Part shown: piece by piece, positions 57,480 through 64,000 of the stretch
How positions within the stretch are numbered: position 1 is the first letter of the stretch
Layout of the letters: each line of letters begins with the position of its first letter
Assembly: GCA_902634185.1 (NCBI GenBank)
Contig: CACPJC010000001.1
Location: forward strand, 32,001-96,000
DNA from: an uncultured Candidatus Actinomarina sp.
GTDB taxonomy: Bacteria; Actinomycetota; Acidimicrobiia; Actinomarinales; Actinomarinaceae
DNA: 64,000 nucleotides
Reading direction: 5' to 3'
Position numbers and translations under genes: made by a program
Notes under the pieces: generated by a model
Databases searched by the model: none
The model's input: the letters and a program-made list of their open reading frames with translations, nothing else
Told to the model about the DNA's origin: nothing

Positions 57480-58688
57480 ATGGAAGATAACGAATTTCAA
57501 CAACAGGAGCTTTTTGAAACAGAAAAATACATTTCTGATTTAGTTGAAGAAAAAACAAAAATGAAAACCTCTACATTTAATATTATTTTTTTATCATCTT
57601 TTTTTACAAGCACAATAGTTCTATCCTTCTTATTCTTTTTTGGAGTGTTTGATGAAGAAGAAATTGTTTTACCAGATCCGGTAACTATTACAGAAACAAT
57701 TAAAGAGAAGGAATTGGTAATGCCGCGTGTTGATTCCACTGAAGTTGTTTCTATAGCTGAAATTGCCACTAAAACTATTGTTCAGCTACAAGTTGGGGAA
57801 CGTAATCAAGATGATGAATTTATATCGATTGGTGGAGGCTCTGGTGTAGTAATTGATAAAAGAGGATTAATAATTACAAATCATCATGTTATAGAGGACG
57901 CAAGTGACGTTAGAGTAATTTTTGAAGATGGACGAATGTATGAAGCATCAATTGTTGGATCAGACAGACTTACAGATATAGGTGTAGTAAAAATTGAAAA
58001 TGAGAATTTAACACCCATCAATTTCGGAAATAGTGAAGGAGTTTTTGTTGGGGATCTAGCCGTAGCTATCGGTCATCCATTAACACTAGGAGCAGCTCCA
58101 ACTGTTACCACCGGTGTCATATCAGCACTCGATAGGAGATTAGATGTTGGAAGTGAGAGTATGAATAATGCTGTTACTTTATTTGGACTTATCCAGACCG
58201 ATGCTCCAATTACAAGAGGATCAAGCGGTGGTGCATTATTAAATCAAAAGGGTGAACTAATTGGCATCACAACTGCAATCGCAACTGCAGATGTTGGAGC
58301 TGAAGGATTAGGTTTCGCTGTACCTATAAATCTTGCTTTAGGAATCGTTGAAGATATTCTTGATGATGGAAAAGTCCTTCATGCATTTTTAGGAATCCTT
58401 GGTGCTCAGTATTTCGAAGTTGCAGATGATGGAGCAAGAATATTTTCAGGGGTATTAATTGAAGAACTCTATGGGCCTGCAAATGATATATATGCAATTG
58501 GTAAAGCAGGTGCCTTACCAGGAGATGTCATTAAGAAAATTAATGACATAGATATTTCAACACTTGATCAATTAATTACAATTTTAAGAAACAAAAGGGC
58601 TGGGGATGCCATTACAGTTGAAATATTAAGAGGTGAAAATACTATATTTTTAGATTTCACTCTTGATTTAAGACCATCTGATGTTTAA
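57480..58688 (+). CDS. htrA: HtrA/DegP-like serine protease with PDZ domain
   Basis: GSGVV, TNHHV, TDIGV, IQTDAPITRGSSGG, C-terminal PDZ. Confidence 0.92.
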   Translation: MEDNEFQQQELFETEKYISDLVEEKTKMKTSTFNIIFLSSFFTSTIVLSFLFFFGVFDEEEIVLPDPVTITETIKEKELVMPRVDSTEVVSIAEIATKTIVQLQVGERNQDDEFISIGGGSGVVIDKRGLIITNHHVIEDASDVRVIFEDGRMYEASIVGSDRLTDIGVVKIENENLTPINFGNSEGVFVGDLAVAIGHPLTLGAAPTVTTGVISALDRRLDVGSESMNNAVTLFGLIQTDAPITRGSSGGALLNQKGELIGITTAIATADVGAEGLGFAVPINLALGIVEDILDDGKVLHAFLGILGAQYFEVADDGARIFSGVLIEELYGPANDIYAIGKAGALPGDVIKKINDIDISTLDQLITILRNKRAGDAITVEILRGENTIFLDFTLDLRPSDV

Positions 58689-59740
58689 TGTCTGAGGATA
58701 TTTTCTCCCAATTCTTTAATCTTTTTAATAATGAAGAATCTGGTGTTAATTGGGAACTGGCAAAACAAATCAATAATCATATAACAAAAGATGAAGAAGT
58801 CTTACCGCTAGAACTATCCAATAATGACATAAATTTTGAGCAAATTTTTAGGGTAATTGAGCTTCAGTCTGAGGAGTTTTTAAGCTACGACTTTAGTCCT
58901 AAAGAAATAAAATTAATGACGCCTAGAGAATATGGACAATGGTTCATTGAATCGATAAAACATTTTGATTTTGAATCTATAGAATCTCCTGAATTATCTA
59001 TGTTTGGGGGGATTGGTGGAAATAATATGAAATCATCTATCTTAGGAATGCAATTTGGAAATCTTGCCGGATTGTTGGGTAAATTTTCTTGGGGATTAAG
59101 TCAATTTGGAATCATTCTTCCAAAGTCAAACACGCTTGCTGTAAATCATAAAACCTTTAATGCTAAAGTTAACAATTTTGAAGCAAACGAAAACGACTTA
59201 AGCCTTGCATACTTTACTGTCGAGTACATGGCTTTATGTCTAGGAGAATATACTCAGCCTTTCGAAAACATCATGAATACAATTTCAAAAAGTTCAGAGG
59301 ATATGATTAATAAACTCAAAGATCTAAATCTTGATATGGGTCCAGAAGCAATCAATAATCCTCAAGAAATGTTTTCAAATATTTCAGGAGTAGAGGGATT
59401 AGACCCAAATCAAATATTTGAGAGCATTGCAGCTCCTCTTAGTTTTTATAGATCAGTTATAAAACAAAAATCAAAAGAGCTTAATCTTTTACATGACAAC
59501 AGTATTTTTGATCTATTAATGGATTTGTCATTTTCAAATTACGAAAGCCCTACAAAAGACATTGAAACAAAAATTTCAGAATTAGATTTTTACTCTGACG
59601 GTTTCTTAGATTATCTTAAAGATTCTCAAGCTACGTTTACATTGGACGATATTCTTGGTTCGACAGAATTGATTCCAACTTTAGATGAATTGCATGATCC
59701 TATTTCATGGGCAGCCCGTACATCTTTACCTCCTATATAA
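58688..59740 (+). CDS. DUF2342/zincin-like protein (degenerate)
   Basis: GVNWELAKQI, ILGMQFG..AG.L....LSQF, C-terminal LIPTLDELHDPISWAAR; no HExxH visible. Confidence 0.6.
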   Translation: MSEDIFSQFFNLFNNEESGVNWELAKQINNHITKDEEVLPLELSNNDINFEQIFRVIELQSEEFLSYDFSPKEIKLMTPREYGQWFIESIKHFDFESIESPELSMFGGIGGNNMKSSILGMQFGNLAGLLGKFSWGLSQFGIILPKSNTLAVNHKTFNAKVNNFEANENDLSLAYFTVEYMALCLGEYTQPFENIMNTISKSSEDMINKLKDLNLDMGPEAINNPQEMFSNISGVEGLDPNQIFESIAAPLSFYRSVIKQKSKELNLLHDNSIFDLLMDLSFSNYESPTKDIETKISELDFYSDGFLDYLKDSQATFTLDDILGSTELIPTLDELHDPISWAARTSLPPI

Positions 59741-59779
59741 TCATTACTGTTAAAGTAAAAAGCAAAAGGAGAAAATAAA

Positions 59780-60238
59780 ATGAGCTTAAACATAGGTGAT
59801 CAAATTCCAGATTTTTCATTAGTAAATTATGACAAAGAGACTTTCAAGTCAGAAGATTTTCTTGGAAAAAAAACTATGTTTGTTTTCATGCCATTTCCTT
59901 TTAGTTCTGTATGTGATGGAGAAATATGTGAACTTAGAGACAATATGGATGCATTTAAATCTGCTGATACTGATACAGTAATGATTACTGTTGCAGCAGG
60001 CCCAACAAACAGAGCTTGGGCAAACCACTACAACATAGATTTCCCAATCTTGGCAGACTTTTGGCCACATGGTGAAGTTTCAAAAGAATTTGGATGTTTT
60101 CATGATGGAGTTGGAATCTCTTTAAGGTATACCTACATCACTAACGAAGAGAATGTAATAACTGAGATAATAAAAAGTGATGAAATTGGAGTTGAAAGAG
60201 ACTTCGAAGCTTATAAAGAAAAATTTAGTATTTCTTAA
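59780..60238 (+). CDS. ahpE: AhpE-type peroxiredoxin
   Basis: FMPFPFSSVCDGE, ILADFWPHGEVSKEFG. Confidence 0.85.
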   Translation: MSLNIGDQIPDFSLVNYDKETFKSEDFLGKKTMFVFMPFPFSSVCDGEICELRDNMDAFKSADTDTVMITVAAGPTNRAWANHYNIDFPILADFWPHGEVSKEFGCFHDGVGISLRYTYITNEENVITEIIKSDEIGVERDFEAYKEKFSIS

Positions 60239-60516
60239 CCAACGTCTCTAATGTCTGTGTCGTGAATTCTCTGACGTTTGATTCTTCTTCTTTCTCGTTC
60301 AGAAAGTCCGCCCCAGATTCCAAATTTTTCTGAGTTTTCAATAGCAAACTCCAAACAGTCTTCTTGTACAGAACAAGCTCTACAAATTGATTTAGCTTTT
60401 CTAGTCGAGGCACCTCTTTCAGGAAAAAAAATATCCGCATCGGCTCCTTTACAGTTTGCTTCTTCGGTCCAGGAGGGCATTCCACCTATAAGTTCTTCTA
60501 TTATTGAATTTTCCAC
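60235..60516 (-). CDS. whiB: WhiB-family Fe-S transcription factor (WhiB2-like)
   Basis: WTEEANC, FFPERGASTRKAKSICRAC..C, FGIWGGLSERERR. Confidence 0.95.
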   Translation of the reverse strand: MENSIIEELIGGMPSWTEEANCKGADADIFFPERGASTRKAKSICRACSVQEDCLEFAIENSEKFGIWGGLSERERRRIKRQRIHDTDIRDVG

Positions 60517-60556
60517 ATCACCCCTTTAACTATTGAAAACTAAATCACATATGTGT

Positions 60557-60585
60557 AATTTATTATTGTTATATCGTTATGTCAA
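60557..60585 (-). promoter_or_regulatory. Putative sigma-A promoter of whiB
   Basis: TTGACA-17 nt-TAAATT on the minus strand. Confidence 0.55.
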
Positions 60586-60641
60586 GGGGCTAATCTTCTA
60601 ATTAATTAACAGTAATATACCTTTTGTAGGATAATTAATTA

Positions 60642-61103
60642 ATGGCATATCAACGAATTGTTTCTACAGGTTCGATTTATAAAGGGAAGACTGGAATGTG
60701 GCTCTATATATTTCATAGAGTTACTGGTGTTGGTCTTTTTGGATATCTTCTCTTACACATAATATCAACAGCATTGATTCTTCTTGGACCAGAAATTTAT
60801 GAAGGTGCTGAAGCAATTTACAAAAACTTCTATTTTAGAGTTGCCGAAATTGGACTAATGGCTGCAGTCCTTGGTCATGCTATAAATGGATTAAGAATAA
60901 TTGCTGTAGATTTATGGGCTAAAGGTTCTGATTATCAAAAACAACTAAATTTTGCATCATTGTTTGTATTTTTGATAATTTTTGTACCAACCACCTACAA
61001 AATGACTACTTCATACTTTGACTTATGTCTTGAAAAAAGCTCAGAGGGCACCACCATAGTAGATTGTATGATTAGGCCGATACCAGATTGGAAGACAAAA
61101 TAA
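60642..61103 (+). CDS. sdhC: Succinate dehydrogenase cytochrome b556 subunit
   Basis: FHRVTGV, LLLHI, HAINGLR. Confidence 0.92.
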   Translation: MAYQRIVSTGSIYKGKTGMWLYIFHRVTGVGLFGYLLLHIISTALILLGPEIYEGAEAIYKNFYFRVAEIGLMAAVLGHAINGLRIIAVDLWAKGSDYQKQLNFASLFVFLIIFVPTTYKMTTSYFDLCLEKSSEGTTIVDCMIRPIPDWKTK

Positions 61104-61498
61104 TGCAGACAACAAGAACTGATTGGGGAAGACGTCAACCACCTGTTGGTGGATCTAGTTTTGAGCTCCAAGCGTGGTTTTTTATGAGGGTAAGCGGACT
61201 TGTACTTGTATTTCTTGCTGTTTGGCATATGTTCATTATGCATGTCTTTAACGACACGTTGAACTTGGATTATGATTTTGTGGCGGCAAGGTGGGAAACT
61301 CCTTACTGGAGAGCATTTGATTGGCTTTTATTAACATTAAGCCTTTTACATGGAACAAATGGATTGAGGGTAGTTATTCATGACAATCTAGCTGATAAAA
61401 CAATTCGAAAACTTGCACACAGTGCTCTTTACAGTACATCTTTAATTTTCTTTATAATAGGAACATATGCAATTGTTGCATTTGTAAGACAAGTATGA
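61103..61498 (+). CDS. sdhD: Succinate dehydrogenase membrane anchor
   Basis: WFFMRVSG, HGTNGLR; start at the TAATG overlap. Confidence 0.9.
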   Translation: MQTTRTDWGRRQPPVGGSSFELQAWFFMRVSGLVLVFLAVWHMFIMHVFNDTLNLDYDFVAARWETPYWRAFDWLLLTLSLLHGTNGLRVVIHDNLADKTIRKLAHSALYSTSLIFFIIGTYAIVAFVRQV

Positions 61499-63237
61499 AA
61501 ATAGTAAAACATTCATTTGATGGAGTAATCGTTGGTGCTGGTGGGGCCGGTCTTAGGGCTGCAATAGAAGCAGCACCTCACATGAAGCTTGCTGTCATAA
61601 CAAAACTTTATCCTACAAGATCTCACACAGGTGCAGCTCAAGGTGGGATGAGTGCCGCTCTTGCAAATGTTGAAGAAGATAACTGGAACTGGCATGCTTT
61701 TGATACCGTCAAAGGTTCAGATTACCTTGCTGACCAACCTGCAGTAGATATTTTATGTAAAGAGGCAATTGATGCCGTAATTGAATTGGAACACTGGGGA
61801 TTACCATTTAGTCGATTAGATAATGGAAAAATTGCGCAAAGGAGATTTGGTGGTCACACTGTAAAAGAAGGTGAGTCTCCTGCTTTCAGAGCTTGTTATG
61901 CAGCTGACAGAACTGGTCACATGATTCTTCAGACGCTTTATCAAAAATGTGTCTCTATGGGAGTAACTTTTTTTGATGAATTTCAAGTTCTAGATATCAA
62001 GATTGAGGATGGTATCTGCCAAGGTGTTATTGCCTATGAACTTGCAACTGGAGATATACATATTTTTGAAACCAGAGCAGTTACATTTGCAACTGGTGGA
62101 TTTGGTAAAATATTTAAAGTTAGCTCTAATGCTCACTCATTAACTGGTGATGGACCAGGGATTCTCTATCAAAAAGGTATACCTTTGGAAGATATGGAGT
62201 TTTATCAATTTCATCCAACTGGAATATATAGATTAGGTATTTTGCTTTCAGAGGCAGCTAGAGGTGAGGGTGGAATTTTAAGAAATAAAGATGGAGAAAG
62301 ATTTATGGAAAGATATGCTCCGTCAATTAAAGATTTAGCACCTAGGGATATGGTTTCAAGAGCTATAGCTACTGAAATAAGTGAAGGTAATGGTGCGGGT
62401 CCTGATAGCGATTACGTTTATTTAGATTTGACTCACCTCGGTGCAGAGACAATAAAGAAAAAATTACCTGACATAACTGATTTTGTTAGAACATATGTGA
62501 AAATTGAACCGATTGAAGAACCTATACCTGTTCAACCTACAGCACACTACGCTATGGGAGGCATCCCAACAGATGTTTATTCACGTGTACTTAGTGATGA
62601 AAAAGGAACAGTTCTACCAGGAGTTTATGCTGCTGGAGAAGCAGCATGTGTAAGTGTTCACGGTGCAAATAGATTAGGTACTAATTCACTCCTAGATATA
62701 GTTGTTTTTGGTAAAAGAGCAGGTCAAAGTATGGTTGATTACGTAACTCAAACAAAACCAAACAGCATAAGTGACAGTGCCTCTGATGATCTTTCAAAAA
62801 AGATACAAAATCTTATTGATAAAGAACATACTGATGAATTTTCTGTGGCAAATATTAGAAAAGACCTTCAAGAATCCATGGAAGAGAATGCAAAAATATT
62901 TAGAACTAAAGAGACTTTAGAAAAACAAACAGAGATATTGGAAGAATTAAGAGACAGATACGAAAATGTAACAATTTTCGATAAGAGTAAAGTTCACAAT
63001 TCAGAGCTTGTCGAGGCTATTGAGTTAGATTACCTATTAGATATGTCTGAGGCTACTGTTGCAAGCGCACTTGCTCGCAATGAGTCAAGAGGAGCTCACT
63101 CAAGACAAGATTTTCCTGATCGTGATGATACAAACTTTATGAAACATTCCTTTGCGTTTAAAAAAGATAACACAGCAAATCTTAAGTACAAAGATGTAGA
63201 ATTAGGAAAATATGAACCAATGGAACGTAAATACTAA
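61495..63237 (+). CDS. sdhA: Succinate dehydrogenase flavoprotein
   Basis: GAGGAG, RSHTGAAQGG, QFHPTG, HYAMGG, HGANRLG. Confidence 0.97.
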   Translation: MKIVKHSFDGVIVGAGGAGLRAAIEAAPHMKLAVITKLYPTRSHTGAAQGGMSAALANVEEDNWNWHAFDTVKGSDYLADQPAVDILCKEAIDAVIELEHWGLPFSRLDNGKIAQRRFGGHTVKEGESPAFRACYAADRTGHMILQTLYQKCVSMGVTFFDEFQVLDIKIEDGICQGVIAYELATGDIHIFETRAVTFATGGFGKIFKVSSNAHSLTGDGPGILYQKGIPLEDMEFYQFHPTGIYRLGILLSEAARGEGGILRNKDGERFMERYAPSIKDLAPRDMVSRAIATEISEGNGAGPDSDYVYLDLTHLGAETIKKKLPDITDFVRTYVKIEPIEEPIPVQPTAHYAMGGIPTDVYSRVLSDEKGTVLPGVYAAGEAACVSVHGANRLGTNSLLDIVVFGKRAGQSMVDYVTQTKPNSISDSASDDLSKKIQNLIDKEHTDEFSVANIRKDLQESMEENAKIFRTKETLEKQTEILEELRDRYENVTIFDKSKVHNSELVEAIELDYLLDMSEATVASALARNESRGAHSRQDFPDRDDTNFMKHSFAFKKDNTANLKYKDVELGKYEPMERKY

Positions 63238-63932
63238 TGGATATTAATTTAAAAATTCTAAGGTATGACCCAGAATCAGATAGAAAAGGGCACTGGGAAA
63301 ACTATATAGTAGATGCTGAACCTGAAGAAAGAATTCTGGATTTATTACACAAAATTAAATGGTTTGAAGATGGTTCGCTTTCATTTAGAAGATCTTGCGC
63401 TCACGGAGTATGTGGTTCTGATGCAATGGTTATCAACGGTGAAAATATGCTTGCTTGCCAGGTATTAGTTAAAGAAGTTGGAAATCCTATAAAAATTGAA
63501 CCGATACGTGGCCTTCCTGTTGTCAAAGATTTGATTGTTGATATGGAACCATTTTTTGATAGTTATAAAAAGGTGATGCCTTATCTAATAAATGAAAAAG
63601 AACCTGGAGATAGGGAAAGATTACAGTCTCCAGAGGATAGAGATAAGTTTGAAGATACTACAAAATGTATTTTGTGTGCAGCGTGTACAACTAGCTGTCC
63701 TGTATTTTGGACTGCAGACACATATGTTGGACCAGCAGCTATTGTAAATGCACACAGATTTGTTTTCGATTCTAGAGATGAAGGCACAAAGCAAAGGCTT
63801 GAAATTTTGAAAGATGTTAATGGTGCATTTAGATGTAGAACGGCATTCAACTGTACATCAGCGTGTCCACGAGGCATACAAGTAACAAAAGCAATTGAGG
63901 ACATCAAGCGAGAGACACTCCTAAATAGTTAA
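63237..63932 (+). CDS. sdhB: Succinate dehydrogenase iron-sulfur subunit
   Basis: SCAHGVCGSD, CILCAACTTSCP, CRTAFNCTSACP. Confidence 0.97.
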   Translation: MDINLKILRYDPESDRKGHWENYIVDAEPEERILDLLHKIKWFEDGSLSFRRSCAHGVCGSDAMVINGENMLACQVLVKEVGNPIKIEPIRGLPVVKDLIVDMEPFFDSYKKVMPYLINEKEPGDRERLQSPEDRDKFEDTTKCILCAACTTSCPVFWTADTYVGPAAIVNAHRFVFDSRDEGTKQRLEILKDVNGAFRCRTAFNCTSACPRGIQVTKAIEDIKRETLLNS

Positions 63933-64000
63933 TGACTGACCTAAATAGTGATATTGAAGAAGTCATAAAGAACTTAAAACTTTCTGAAAAAAAATCGTTA
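63932..64000 (+). CDS. Start of an unknown CDS, truncated by the window edge
   Basis: TAATG overlap with sdhB; open frame MTDLNSDIEEVIKNLKLSEKKSL. Confidence 0.5.
   Translation, partial: MTDLNSDIEEVIKNLKLSEKKSL

Noticed and set aside
1154-63907. Many 60-145 aa ORFs nested in or antisense to confident genes (e.g. 10379-10801, 14642-15046, 37387-37821, 63581-63907)
   Set aside because: They fully overlap well-supported CDSs and have no motifs; typical shadow frames.

Overview
AT-rich, tightly packed bacterial chromosome segment. WhiB, AhpE, UPF0182/YlbL/DUF2342 and the tRNA-Gly/Pro-tig-clpP-clpX order point to a streamlined actinobacterium, probably Acidimicrobiia/Ca. Actinomarina-like (inference). 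Bases 1-22.5 kb are core genes: rne, rodA-mrdA-mreDCB, ndk, folC, valS, clpX, clpP, tig, six tRNAs, acs, cimA, rdgB, rph, pdxH and aconitase. Bases 39.7-64 kb are mostly core: GMC oxidoreductase, translin-like protein, plsY, uppP, mrp, tRNA-fMet, UPF0182, an ABC/acyl-CoA ligase cluster, htrA, whiB and sdhCDAB. Between them lies a ~17 kb accessory island (22.5-39.7 kb) with no integrase. Best candidate for a new system: an NrtR-type (Nudix+wHTH) regulator with three phased GT-N7-AC operator boxes. It heads an operon encoding a nuclease-inserted UvrD/HelD helicase, a stand-alone topoisomerase Zn-ribbon protein and a divergent RecD/Dda-like helicase, next to a type I RM system, with no NAD-metabolism genes nearby. 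Other highlights: an unannotated leaderless Ile-rich attenuator (MINFIIII) before citramalate synthase, a 91-bp promoter-plus-N-terminus duplication, a foreign-codon TRD2 in hsdS, a RsiV/DUF3298-metzincin fusion, a tandem Cas4/AddB-like nuclease and two paralogous Zn-finger microproteins. All calls come from motif reading only; no database searches were run.
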